Origin: Actinomycetota bacterium
GTDB taxonomy: Bacteria > Actinomycetota > Acidimicrobiia > Acidimicrobiales > SZUA-35
Direction of reading: 5' to 3'
NCBI GenBank assembly: GCA_039029735.1
Contig: JBCCFL010000007.1
Coordinates: forward strand, 96,784 to 160,783
DNA length: 64,000 nt
The translations under genes and the position numbers were made by a program. Position 1 is the first letter of the stretch. Each line of letters opens with the position of its first letter. The notes under the pieces were generated by a model. It was given only the letters and a program-made list of their open reading frames with translations, did not search any database and was not told where the DNA came from. Shown here one piece after another: positions 42,980-52,475 of the stretch.

Positions 42980-45872
42980 GGTTCTCCCGCTCTGTGCTTC
43001 CCGGCCCGTCGGACCACGCCCAGCCGTCGGATCCGGCCGGTCGCTCGGCCACACGACGCTCGATCCCGGATCGCCACCGTTCGCCCCACTCATCGGTGGA
43101 GAGGCGGCGGCGAGGCTCAGCGTCGAGGTACTCCACCAGGAGGGCCATCAACGCCGGGCTTCGACCGATCGCCGATTCGAGCAGCTCCAGGCACCGAGTA
43201 CGATCGCCAGCCGCCCACAACACCACAGCGGTCGCGATGCGCACGTCTTCACTGCGCCCCGGGAGCGCATCGTCGGCCGTTGTGCCGAGCACGGCTTCGA
43301 GGATCCGGGCGGCCCTCGATGGTGAATCGGGGCCGAGCGCAACCGCCCGGCTGATCTCGATGAAGTAGTGCCAGGCGTCGGCGTCGGCCGGGCTACGAAC
43401 CTGGTCGGCGAGCGCCGCAGCCTCCTCGTGTCGCTCCAACATGTGCAGCGCGGTCAACAGGCCGCTCTCAGCTAGGAGCAGCGCCCGCCCCGGGGCCGGA
43501 TCGTGCGCAACGGCACGTCGGTAGTGATCGATCGCCGATGCGTAGCGCCGATTGGCCAGCTCGAAGTCCCCCCGGAACACCGCGACCACCGCCTGGTTGA
43601 GAGCAGCCGACGGGGTGTGCGGAGCCACCTGCTCCGCACGGTCGAGCAGATGCCGCGAAGTCGCATCGAGCGTGGCGACCTCGAAGCCCATGGCAGTCAT
43701 GGCCAGGATCGACGGCGCCCAGTCGTACGGCGGAGCATCGTCGGTCACCAGGGCGGAGGCGTCGAGACCAGCCATCATCATGGCGATGTAGTCGCCCCTG
43801 GCGATCGCCATTCCCCAGCTGGCCGAGAGCATCGCCCCTCGGAGATCGACGTCAACGTCGTGCCCATCGAGCAGGCTCATCACGCGGTCGAACCACTGCG
43901 AGCCCTCCAACAACGGCCCGCGATGGGCGAACAGGCCAGCGGCCCGCGCCGTGAGGTCGAACAGGTCTCGGCGGCACCCGTGATCCATCAACCAACCAAG
44001 CGCCGCCAACACATTTGGCAGCTCCCGATCGAGCTGGTCGTGCGCCTCCACCTGCATGAGGGCCTCGGCCATGGACGATTCGCGGGCCATGGCCAGCACC
44101 CAGTCCGCATGACGAGCCTCGGCCTCAGCGCGACCATCGCGGCGATCGAGCTGCTCGCGGGCGTAGTCGCGCACGGTCTCGAGCAGCCGGTACCGCGACC
44201 GACCGTCGGCACCGACGCCCACCTGCACGAGCGACTTCGCAACCAGCCCCGACAAGACCGAGAACCCGCGCTCGGGCTCGAGGTACTCCACGGCCTCCAG
44301 CGGCCATTCATTGAACACCGACAGCTCGGCCAGGAGGCCACGCTCATCCTCGCTCAGCAGATCCCACGACCAGTCGAGCAGCGCCTCCAGCGAACTCTGG
44401 CGAAGCGGCGCTCGCCGGCCTCGCAGCAAGCGGGTCGGTCGACCGATGCGGGCCGCCAACTCGTCCAGGGTCACCACGGACAGCTGCGCTGCGGCCAACT
44501 CGATCGCCAGTGGCAGCCCGTCGAGCGCACGACAGATCACCGCTGCCAGTGGATCCTCAACCAGCTGACCACGGTCGGGCCCGCCCACCTCAGCGCTACG
44601 GATGGCAAACAGCTCGACGGCTGCCTTCTCGACCGGGAGGGGCTGCACCTGGATCACCCGTTCCCCGGCAACGGCGAGCGGCTCACGCGAGGTGACGAGA
44701 ATTCGGCAGGCGCCGGGCTGGGCCAGCACCTCGGACACGAACTCCGCAACGTGGTCGATGATGTGCTCGGCGTTGTCGAGCACCAGCACGCACGCCTCGG
44801 CCGCCAGCTGCCGTACCGTCTGGGCTGCGATCTCGTCGACACCGCGTTCGAGCAGCTCGACGCCGACGGCGGCCGCAACGGTGTCGACGAGCAGGGCCGG
44901 GCTCGTCACGTCGCCGAGGATCGCCACGTGCGTGGGGCCGAGCGGCGCGACCGGGTCGAGATGGGTGACGGCGAGCGCGAGGCTCGTCTTGCCGACGCCT
45001 CCTGGCCCGCTCAGTGTGACGAGCCGGTTGTCTTCCAATGCTCGGGCCACCACGGCCAGCTCGTCGTCGCGGCCGATGAGCGGCCGCACACCGGGCGGCG
45101 TGGCCCGGCCCACCGCCTCCATCGTCTCGCGCTGCTGGAGCACGTCGAGTTCGAGCGACGCCACCGACGGGGACAGGCTCACCCCGAGCTCGTCGCGGAG
45201 CCCCGAGCGCAGCCGCTCGATGGCGGCGAGGGCCTCGGCCTGACGCCCGCGCCGAGCCAGCACCCGGACGAGCTGTGCGGTGAGCCGTTCGTTGAGCGGG
45301 TACTCGTCGGCCCACTGGACGAGCCGATCGGTGGCGTCGAGCCCGGCGTCGACCGCTGTGTCGCCCGCCATCTCCAGCGTGGTCACGCGCAGCGCTGCGA
45401 GCCGAACCCGTTCACGGTCGACGAGATCGACCGGGGCCATGCCGGGGCACAACGGTCGAGCCAGCGCCTCCCCCACCATGGAGAGGCTGGCGAACGCATC
45501 CGCGGCCTCGGTCGACTGCGTCGAGCGTGCGGGATCCAGGCTTCGCACCGCTGCGAGCTCGTTCTCCACCCGATCGAGGTCGAGCTCGCCCTCCTCCACC
45601 CGCAGCCGATACCCGGCCGCCTCGGTCACCAACCGCTCTCGGGCTGGCCCGAGCTCCTTGCGGAGATCGGCCACGAAGCGCTGGATGCTGTTGCGGGCCG
45701 TGCCCGGCGGGTCGTCGGGCCAGAGCTGGTCGATCAGGTCTTCGAGCGGCACCAACCTGTTCCGCCGCAGCAGGAGGACCGCAAGCACCTGGGCCGGCCG
45801 GCCGCGCGGGCTGACCTGTTCGCCGTCGACGATCGCGTCGAGGCCACCAAGGAGGGACCACCCCAACTCCAC
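42945..45872 (-). CDS. AfsR/SARP-family regulator (winged-helix DNA-binding plus BTAD plus NB-ARC/AAA ATPase plus TPR-like C-terminus)
   Basis: N-terminus LGGLDAIVDGEQVSPRGRPAQVLAVLLLRRNRLVPLEDLIDQLWPDDPP..GYRL. P-loop LSGPGGVGKTSLA. 975 aa. GTG start at 45872. Confidence 0.85.
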   Translation of the reverse strand: MELGWSLLGGLDAIVDGEQVSPRGRPAQVLAVLLLRRNRLVPLEDLIDQLWPDDPPGTARNSIQRFVADLRKELGPARERLVTEAAGYRLRVEEGELDLDRVENELAAVRSLDPARSTQSTEAADAFASLSMVGEALARPLCPGMAPVDLVDRERVRLAALRVTTLEMAGDTAVDAGLDATDRLVQWADEYPLNERLTAQLVRVLARRGRQAEALAAIERLRSGLRDELGVSLSPSVASLELDVLQQRETMEAVGRATPPGVRPLIGRDDELAVVARALEDNRLVTLSGPGGVGKTSLALAVTHLDPVAPLGPTHVAILGDVTSPALLVDTVAAAVGVELLERGVDEIAAQTVRQLAAEACVLVLDNAEHIIDHVAEFVSEVLAQPGACRILVTSREPLAVAGERVIQVQPLPVEKAAVELFAIRSAEVGGPDRGQLVEDPLAAVICRALDGLPLAIELAAAQLSVVTLDELAARIGRPTRLLRGRRAPLRQSSLEALLDWSWDLLSEDERGLLAELSVFNEWPLEAVEYLEPERGFSVLSGLVAKSLVQVGVGADGRSRYRLLETVRDYAREQLDRRDGRAEAEARHADWVLAMARESSMAEALMQVEAHDQLDRELPNVLAALGWLMDHGCRRDLFDLTARAAGLFAHRGPLLEGSQWFDRVMSLLDGHDVDVDLRGAMLSASWGMAIARGDYIAMMMAGLDASALVTDDAPPYDWAPSILAMTAMGFEVATLDATSRHLLDRAEQVAPHTPSAALNQAVVAVFRGDFELANRRYASAIDHYRRAVAHDPAPGRALLLAESGLLTALHMLERHEEAAALADQVRSPADADAWHYFIEISRAVALGPDSPSRAARILEAVLGTTADDALPGRSEDVRIATAVVLWAAGDRTRCLELLESAIGRSPALMALLVEYLDAEPRRRLSTDEWGERWRSGIERRVAERPAGSDGWAWSDGPGSTERENLNAALRALSPE

Positions 45873-46053
45873 AACGTCACAGTAGTACCGCCTAAATCAG
45901 CCCCGGAACAGGCCCTTGTCACACCGTGCTGACCAGCAGGCATACGCTCGGCGGCCCCGGCGAGCCGTCGGAGTTTGCGCAACGAGCGCCCCGTGACCCA
46001 CGTTGGGGTGGTGCGTGCGGGCCGGCCCGCCGACGTGGCGCCAAGGAGTGACC

Positions 46054-47832
46054 GTGACCGACAAGCCCCGCCGACAGCGACCGCAGAACGTCTTCAACTT
46101 CGACTATTCGAGCGACCGGTCCAACCGGAACCCGCAGGAGTACTACGACGCCATCAAGGAGCGCTTCGCCGAAGAGCGTGATGTCCGGCTCGGCTACCGA
46201 CCGCCGGGCACCGAGATCTACACCGAGATGGACGGCACCCTCAGCGGCTACGAGACCGATCCCTACCTGGAGGATGTGATCGAGCGCGAGCCGATCAACG
46301 ACGAGGTGGAGGTGCTGTTCATCGGCGGCGGTTTCTCAGCACTGCTCACCTCCGCCCGCCTGCGCGAGAAGGGCGTGGAGTCGATTCGCATCGTGGAGCG
46401 CGGCGGGGACGTGGGCGGCACCTGGTACTGGAACCGCTACCCGGGCGTGGCCTGCGACGTGGTTTCCTACGACTACCTCCCGCTCCTCGACGAGACGGGC
46501 TATGTGCCGTCTCGTCACTATGCCGGCGGGCCCGAGATCTGGGAGTACTGCAAGTCGATCGCTCAGCGGTACGACCTGTACGACCTCGCGGTGTTCCAGA
46601 CCACGGTCACCTCCACCATCTGGAACGAGGCCGACGAGATGTGGGAGATCCGCACCGACCGGGGCGACACGATGCGGGCCACGTTCGTGATCTGCGCCAA
46701 CGGCACCCTGGCCAAGCCCCGCCTGGCCAAGATCGACGGCATCGCCGACTTCAAGGGCCACAGCTTCCACACCAGCCGGTGGGACTACGACTACACCGGC
46801 GCCGACCTGGAGAAGCTGGCCGACAAGCGGGTGGCCATCATCGGCACGGGCGCCACCGCCGTGCAGGCCATTCCCCAACTGGGCAAGGCGGCGAAGGAAC
46901 TGCTCGTCTTCCAGCGCACACCCAGCTCGATCGACATCCGCGACGACTGGGAGACCGACCCCGAATGGGCGGCCAACCTCGAACCGGGGTGGCAGGCCAA
47001 ACGGCGGGCCAAGGCGGTGCGGGGCCCTCGCATCTCCGAGGAGCAAAAGGCCCGCCGAGCCGCGATGACCCGCGAGGAGAAGATCCAGCGCCAGGAGAAC
47101 GCCAACATCGATGCCATGATGCGAATCCATCGTCGCATCGACGAGACCGTCGAGAATCCGGAAACGGCCGAGGCACTCAAGCCCTGGTACATGCTGATGT
47201 GCAAGCGCCCGTGTTTCCACAACGAGTACCTGCCAACGTTCAACCGGCCGAACGTTCGCCTGATCGACACCAGAGGCAAGGGCGTGAGCCAGATCACCGC
47301 CGCCGGCCCCGAGTTCGATGGCGAGCAGTTCGAGGTGGACCTCATCATCTACGCCACCGGCTTCGAGGTGCAGAAGACCGGCATCTACAACCAGATCGTC
47401 GGTGAAGGCGGCCTCGACCTCAACGACAAGTACACCGACGGCATCCGCACCGTGCTCGGCGTGCACTCAGCCGGCTACCCGAACTTCTACATCATGGGCG
47501 GCTACCAGGCGTTCTTCGCCTTCAACCTCACCGACGTGCTCAACAGCCAGGGCGAACACATCGCCGAGTGCATCGACTACGTGCGCCGCAACGGCCTCCA
47601 CTCGATGGATCCGACGCCCGAGATCGAGGAGTGGTGGGTGCAACGGGTGATCGAGAACCGGGGCAAGACGAGCCGCAACAAGGACTGCACCCCCGGCTAC
47701 TACAACTTCGAGGGAGCAGAGAACCGCCGCCAAGACGGCAACTTCAACGGCTCCATGCGCCAGTACCTCGATTTCATGGCCGACGTGCGAGCGAACATGA
47801 CCGACAACTTCGTGCTCACGACGAGGAGCTGA
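46054..47832 (+). CDS. Baeyer-Villiger (type I) flavin monooxygenase
   Basis: FIGGGFSAL and IIGTGATAVQ dinucleotide motifs. BVMO fingerprint FKGHSFHTSRWD (FxGxxxHxxxWD). AAGGAG Shine-Dalgarno before GTG 46054. Confidence 0.85.
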   Translation: MTDKPRRQRPQNVFNFDYSSDRSNRNPQEYYDAIKERFAEERDVRLGYRPPGTEIYTEMDGTLSGYETDPYLEDVIEREPINDEVEVLFIGGGFSALLTSARLREKGVESIRIVERGGDVGGTWYWNRYPGVACDVVSYDYLPLLDETGYVPSRHYAGGPEIWEYCKSIAQRYDLYDLAVFQTTVTSTIWNEADEMWEIRTDRGDTMRATFVICANGTLAKPRLAKIDGIADFKGHSFHTSRWDYDYTGADLEKLADKRVAIIGTGATAVQAIPQLGKAAKELLVFQRTPSSIDIRDDWETDPEWAANLEPGWQAKRRAKAVRGPRISEEQKARRAAMTREEKIQRQENANIDAMMRIHRRIDETVENPETAEALKPWYMLMCKRPCFHNEYLPTFNRPNVRLIDTRGKGVSQITAAGPEFDGEQFEVDLIIYATGFEVQKTGIYNQIVGEGGLDLNDKYTDGIRTVLGVHSAGYPNFYIMGGYQAFFAFNLTDVLNSQGEHIAECIDYVRRNGLHSMDPTPEIEEWWVQRVIENRGKTSRNKDCTPGYYNFEGAENRRQDGNFNGSMRQYLDFMADVRANMTDNFVLTTRS

Positions 47833-47833
47833 C

Positions 47834-48661
47834 ATGCAGGACTTCGACGGCAAGGTGGCCGTGATCACCGGCGGTGCCAGCGGCATCGGGCTCGGCATGG
47901 CCCGGGCCCTCGGCGACGCCGGGATGCGGCTCGTGCTTGCCGACCTCGACGAGGCCGCCATGGCGGCGGCCTCCGCCGAGTTCACGGCAAAAGGTATCGA
48001 GGTGGTCACCGAGCGGTGCGACGTGTCGAGCCACGCCGAGATCCAGGCGCTCGCCGACACCACGATCGCGACCTACGGCGCAGTCCACGTGCTCTGCAAC
48101 AACGCCGGCATCGGCATACCCACCCACACCCACCGGATGAAGTTGTCCGACTGGAAGTGGATCATCGACGTGTGCCTGTGGGGCCCGATCTACGGCATCG
48201 AGGTGTTCCTCCCGTTGATCGAGGAGCAGGGGGAGGGCCACATCAACGCCACGTCGTCGATGGCGGGGCTGATCGCACAACGCACGATGGGCGCCTACAA
48301 CGTGGCCAAGCACGGCGTGGTGGCGCTGATGGCAACGTTGGAGCGCGAGCTCCGCAAGCGGGAGAGCCCCGTGCGGGCCTCCGTGCTGTGCCCCGGGCCG
48401 GTCAACACCGCCATCAACCGGCACTCCGTGGAGTACCGGCCAGGCCACACGCCACCGCCCGCCGACGCCCCGCCCACCAAGACGGCCCAGCGGATGCAGG
48501 AGCTGCTGGAGGCCGGCACCGATCCCGACGAGGTGGGGATCATGGTGCGCGACGCCATCGCGAACGAGGAGTTCTGGGTGCTCACCCACCCGCACTGGGT
48601 GAAGGCGGTGCGCAACATGGTGGACCGTATGGAGGACGACCGGGGCCTCACGAAGGCGTGA
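47834..48661 (+). CDS. Short-chain dehydrogenase/reductase (SDR)
   Basis: TGGASGIGLG, NNAG, YNVAKHG (YxxxK) motifs. Starts 2 nt after the BVMO stop. Confidence 0.85.
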   Translation: MQDFDGKVAVITGGASGIGLGMARALGDAGMRLVLADLDEAAMAAASAEFTAKGIEVVTERCDVSSHAEIQALADTTIATYGAVHVLCNNAGIGIPTHTHRMKLSDWKWIIDVCLWGPIYGIEVFLPLIEEQGEGHINATSSMAGLIAQRTMGAYNVAKHGVVALMATLERELRKRESPVRASVLCPGPVNTAINRHSVEYRPGHTPPPADAPPTKTAQRMQELLEAGTDPDEVGIMVRDAIANEEFWVLTHPHWVKAVRNMVDRMEDDRGLTKA

Positions 48662-48683
48662 CGGTGACGGTTCGCGCCTGGTG

Positions 48684-49844
48684 TCAGCCGGCGTCGCGGA
48701 CGTACACGCCGGCCAGGTAGCTGCCTGCCTGGTCGATGCCGATGGCCAAGGCCACTGCGGTCTCGCCGTTCGTTTCGACGGTGATCGAGGGCATCTGTAC
48801 CGCAGCTGCGGGCAGCTCATAGAGCTGGGGCTCGGTTGCGCCCGGCGCCAGCTCGTACACCCCCCGGCCGGTGCTGTCGCCGCTGTACACGTCGGTGCCG
48901 AGCAGGATCGTGCCGTTGATGTTGCCGCCCACCAGCCCGTAGGTGTGCGGGCTGCCCGGTGTGACCACGAACTCCGACCACGAGCCGGTTGCGACGTCGA
49001 AGGTGAGGTAGCCGAGGTCGATGAACTGGTTCTGCCAACACTCGGGGTCGAAGTCCTGGGTGTCGGGCGGTGGGTCGGTGTAGTCGGGGTCGGTCCAGTT
49101 GACCGAGCGGGTGGCGAAGGCGAGCAGCGAGTCGTCGGCGAACCCGACGGCGAGCAGGCGGTCGATCTCGAACGACTGCGACGCCACTTCGGTTCCGTCG
49201 GGCCCCGTGATCGTGACCTCCAACGGTGGCGGCTTGGTACAGGAGAACCCGATGGCGCACGCGTCCACGCTGTGCACGGCCACCGATCCGTCCAGCCGGT
49301 AGGGGCTGAGGAATTCGCAGTCGATCCGCTCGATGCTGCGGTAGGAGATCTGTTCGACCCAGCGCCAGCTCACGCCGTCGTCGGTCGTGTAACCGCCGTC
49401 AGTCGCGGAGCCGACGAACAGGCCCGATTCGGTCTGGGCGGTCCACGGTGCTGCCGGCGTGCCGACCGTGGCGACGACGGCGGCCAGGTCGCCCTCGGTC
49501 CACGAACGACCGTCGGTGGAGTGCCAGGCCCGAACGGTCGACCACGACGATCCGTCGCCGTCATCGCCGTCGTCGCTGATGGCCACGAACGTGTTGCCCA
49601 CCACGTGCAGCTCGATCGCCTCGAAGGGACCATCGCCCTGCACCTGCAGGTCTGCGGTGGGCACCAGCTGCCACGGTGATGGGCCCGAGGTTGGCGTCGC
49701 CGTGGTGCCGGTTGGTTCAGCTTCGGAGGTGGCCGTGGTGTCGGCTGTGCTGCTCGGACCGGTTGCGAGCCCCTCGGGCTCGGGGGTGCATGCCGACACG
49801 ATGACCGCCAGCGCACATGCGAACACGAGACGACGCATCGTCAC
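48684..49844 (-). CDS. Lipoprotein, unknown function (possibly beta-propeller-like)
   Basis: Lipobox LAVIVSAC, Thr-rich linker, recurring D-G-x-x-W motifs (STDGRSWTEG, TDDGVSWRWV). Confidence 0.6.
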   Translation of the reverse strand: MTMRRLVFACALAVIVSACTPEPEGLATGPSSTADTTATSEAEPTGTTATPTSGPSPWQLVPTADLQVQGDGPFEAIELHVVGNTFVAISDDGDDGDGSSWSTVRAWHSTDGRSWTEGDLAAVVATVGTPAAPWTAQTESGLFVGSATDGGYTTDDGVSWRWVEQISYRSIERIDCEFLSPYRLDGSVAVHSVDACAIGFSCTKPPPLEVTITGPDGTEVASQSFEIDRLLAVGFADDSLLAFATRSVNWTDPDYTDPPPDTQDFDPECWQNQFIDLGYLTFDVATGSWSEFVVTPGSPHTYGLVGGNINGTILLGTDVYSGDSTGRGVYELAPGATEPQLYELPAAAVQMPSITVETNGETAVALAIGIDQAGSYLAGVYVRDAG

Positions 49845-50842
49845 TCCTCACACGCTGCGGCGTAGTTGATGGTCTGCTGCGAAAGTGCCCGCCCGGAGTC
49901 GGCGTTGCGGTCGGCCACCACGAGGTACTCCTGCAGGCCAGGCACCGGACCGACGGAGCGAAACAATCCCATCTCGTCGGACAACACCTCGGTGATCTCG
50001 CCCTGCGGATTGGAGAACTCGAGCGCCACAGTCCACTCGTAGAGCGGCCCGCAGGAGATGACCTCGATCGCGTAGCGGAACGAGTCGCCGGGGGCGATCC
50101 TCGTGCCGACGAAGTCGGGGGTTGCCAACTCCTCGACCGACGTGCCGCTGTTGTCGATCACGACCTGGGCGAATGACTGGGCCTGGAGATCGAACCGGAG
50201 GTACTCGGCCGCAGTACCTGCCCCGCCACAGCCGATGCCCGAGTCGACCGCCCAGTCGAGGCTCGGTTGTTCGTCTTGGGCGGCCACTGGGATCCGGATG
50301 TTCTCGAGGAAGAGATCGGTGTTGCCGTTGTTGCGGATCTGGATGTCGATCTCGGCTGGTCCGATCACCGCACCCCCGAGGCGGCTCGCCGTGCGCCGCG
50401 GATCCTCCTCGAACGAGAGGCTCGATTCGAGGGCATCGATCGTGAACCACTCATTGTTCGTGGCGATCGGCGGCCCCGAGCACTCACCGCCCGTCGAGGG
50501 CCAGCGGACGACGAGTTGCACCACGTCTTCGAGCGAGCCGGACGCCTGTGCGGCGGTGGTGACGGCGCCGGCGCCGCTGTCTGTGTCGCCGTCACCGCCG
50601 CCAGGACGGGTGACGAGAATCGACACCACAGCCAACGCTGCGGCGGCGACAGTCGCGAGGGCGCCGATGCCGGCCCAGCGGGAATCGGCGAGGCCGGCGA
50701 ACCGCTCCGACGACGCCCCCGTCGATGTGGTGGGAAGCTCGGATGGCTCGTGGGCAGACGGGGCCTCCGACGCCGGGCGCGGCGGTACCGGGGCGCGATC
50801 GATGGGATCTGTGTGCCCTTCGTCTCCGTCTGCCCCTGCCAT
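49841..50842 (-). CDS. Membrane-anchored hypothetical protein
   Basis: Pro-rich N-terminus, TM WAGIGALATVAAAALAVVSILV, then an extracytoplasmic domain. ATGA overlap with the downstream lipoprotein gene. Confidence 0.55.
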   Translation of the reverse strand: MAGADGDEGHTDPIDRAPVPPRPASEAPSAHEPSELPTTSTGASSERFAGLADSRWAGIGALATVAAAALAVVSILVTRPGGGDGDTDSGAGAVTTAAQASGSLEDVVQLVVRWPSTGGECSGPPIATNNEWFTIDALESSLSFEEDPRRTASRLGGAVIGPAEIDIQIRNNGNTDLFLENIRIPVAAQDEQPSLDWAVDSGIGCGGAGTAAEYLRFDLQAQSFAQVVIDNSGTSVEELATPDFVGTRIAPGDSFRYAIEVISCGPLYEWTVALEFSNPQGEITEVLSDEMGLFRSVGPVPGLQEYLVVADRNADSGRALSQQTINYAAACEE

Positions 50843-50906
50843 CCCTGCCAGTGTCCCCCGCCCGTGTGCGCAGCGCTGCGCAGCCTAGCCGCGCCACAGG
50901 GAGCGG

Positions 50907-51683
50907 TCAGCTGGCGTCGGCCCCCAGTGCGTCGAGCCACTTCTGCCACACCGGGCCGTCGGCCACCGCGGCGGCACCGGCATCGCCGTAGAGATACATC
51001 CACACCGACACAGCGATCTGATCGCCCATCCCCTCGGCCGCGATCAGCGCAGTACCGGGCGCTGGCTCGCTCACGAGGAGCGACAGCCGCCACGGGGTGG
51101 CGTCGACCACCTCACCAGCGAGCGTCGGCGCGCCGTCGCCAGCGACAACGATCTGGCTACCGATCTCGGGGTGACGGGCCAGGCCGAGCCCGGAGGTGAG
51201 CGCCGCCCAGGCGTCGTCACGACCGGTGGACCACATCGACGTCGGGATGATCGGCGTGGCGGCCTGGCCTGCGAAATGTGTGCAGTGCAGCTTGAGGTTG
51301 AGCAGGAACATCGTCCAACCGTCGGTCATGGCGTCGTACTGGGCGTCCCAGTCGTCGCCGGTACCGAAGCCGGAGTTGACGAGACGCACGATGCACGTGC
51401 CACCGTCCTGGGCCTCGACCGTCCACTCGAAGGCGAAACCCCCTGCGCCCTCGCCCCCGTCGAACACGATGCGGTTCGGTGGCTCCCAGCTCGCAACTCG
51501 ACCCGGCACCTCCATTCCGGGGCCTTCTCCGAAACGGGCCGAGGCCGCGCCGCCGTCGCGCTCTTCGACCTGGTGCGGCACGTACCAGGAGGAGATGCCA
51601 GGGCCCGTGGCGATGGCGGCCCACACCTCCTCAGCGGTGCCAGGTACCTCAATGGACAATTCGATCGAACGCTCGTCGGTCAT
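50907..51683 (-). CDS. SRPBCC (AHSA1/START-like) family protein, two-domain
   Basis: SIELSIEVPGTAEEVWAAIATGPGISSWY. ATGA overlap with the upstream ArsR-type gene. Confidence 0.7.
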   Translation of the reverse strand: MTDERSIELSIEVPGTAEEVWAAIATGPGISSWYVPHQVEERDGGAASARFGEGPGMEVPGRVASWEPPNRIVFDGGEGAGGFAFEWTVEAQDGGTCIVRLVNSGFGTGDDWDAQYDAMTDGWTMFLLNLKLHCTHFAGQAATPIIPTSMWSTGRDDAWAALTSGLGLARHPEIGSQIVVAGDGAPTLAGEVVDATPWRLSLLVSEPAPGTALIAAEGMGDQIAVSVWMYLYGDAGAAAVADGPVWQKWLDALGADAS

Positions 51684-52315
51684 GGGCTCACGCTTTCGTG
51701 TGGGGTGTCTGTGTCTGAGTTGGTGGTGGAGGTGGAGCCGCCAGCAGGAGCGGGGTGGGCGGCCACCACGAGGCGATGCCATCGCCCATTGGGCGAGTGC
51801 TCGGTGTGGTAGCGGGCAACCAGGTCGGTGACCGCACCCGAGAGTTCGTCGGTGAACGCGGCCCGGTCGGCGGCGGAGGCAAACCGAATGTCGGCGGCGA
51901 TCGTCAACGTGGCGAGCGACTTGTCAGCCCGTCGGGCTCGTCGGGCGAGGTCACCGACCTCGCTCACGATCCGGCCGGCCACGGCCACCAGGTACTGCGC
52001 CGACAGCCGATCGAGCTGCCGGGGGTCGGGGGCGGACTCGCCCATCACGTCGGGCGCCAACACGTACGACCGGGCGGACGCCACGAGCACGCGTTCGGTG
52101 AGACCGCGCCGGGGGCGCTCCTCCACGAAGTCGACGAGGCCGTGCTCCTCGAGGGTGCGGAGGTGGTAGTTCACCTTCTGCCGCGTCTCCCCGATCGCGG
52201 CCGCCACCGTGGTGGCCGATCCAGGTTCGGCGAGCGCCCCCAACACGCGGGCCCGCACGGGGTCCAGAGCGGCCAGCGCCACCCGGCGATCGTCGATCAC
52301 GTCAACATCGAGCAC
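51680..52315 (-). CDS. ArsR/SmtB-family winged-helix transcriptional regulator with C-terminal extension
   Basis: LDPVRARVLGALAEPGSATTVAAAIGETRQKVNYHLRTLEEHGLV. GTG 52315 is preferred because the ORF-track start at 52381 would place the 26-bp palindrome inside the coding sequence. Confidence 0.7.
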   Translation of the reverse strand: MLDVDVIDDRRVALAALDPVRARVLGALAEPGSATTVAAAIGETRQKVNYHLRTLEEHGLVDFVEERPRRGLTERVLVASARSYVLAPDVMGESAPDPRQLDRLSAQYLVAVAGRIVSEVGDLARRARRADKSLATLTIAADIRFASAADRAAFTDELSGAVTDLVARYHTEHSPNGRWHRLVVAAHPAPAGGSTSTTNSDTDTPHESVSP

Positions 52316-52328
52316 GGCCGTCAGTTTC

Positions 52329-52354
52329 GTATTGACAAATGAATTTGTCAATAC
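52329..52354. promoter_or_regulatory. 26-bp perfect palindrome, candidate ArsR-type operator
   Basis: GTATTGACAAAT-GA-ATTTGTCAATAC. AT-rich in a GC-rich genome. Lies between the divergent ArsR-type and lipoprotein genes. Confidence 0.6.
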
Positions 52355-52475
52355 GCCTCCGGAGCCGCTCAGGTGATCCACACCACCAGATCCTCTCGGA
52401 GCAGCCGTTCAGACCGACGGGAACCGATGTCATTCGTCGACACGTGCAGTGGCCAACGCGAAGGAGGCGACAACG

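Noticed and set aside
43503-45932. 809-aa plus-strand ORF
   Set aside because: It is the antisense shadow of the SARP gene. The translation is Arg/Gly/His/Pro-rich with no motifs, while the minus-strand product has clear winged-helix, BTAD and P-loop features.
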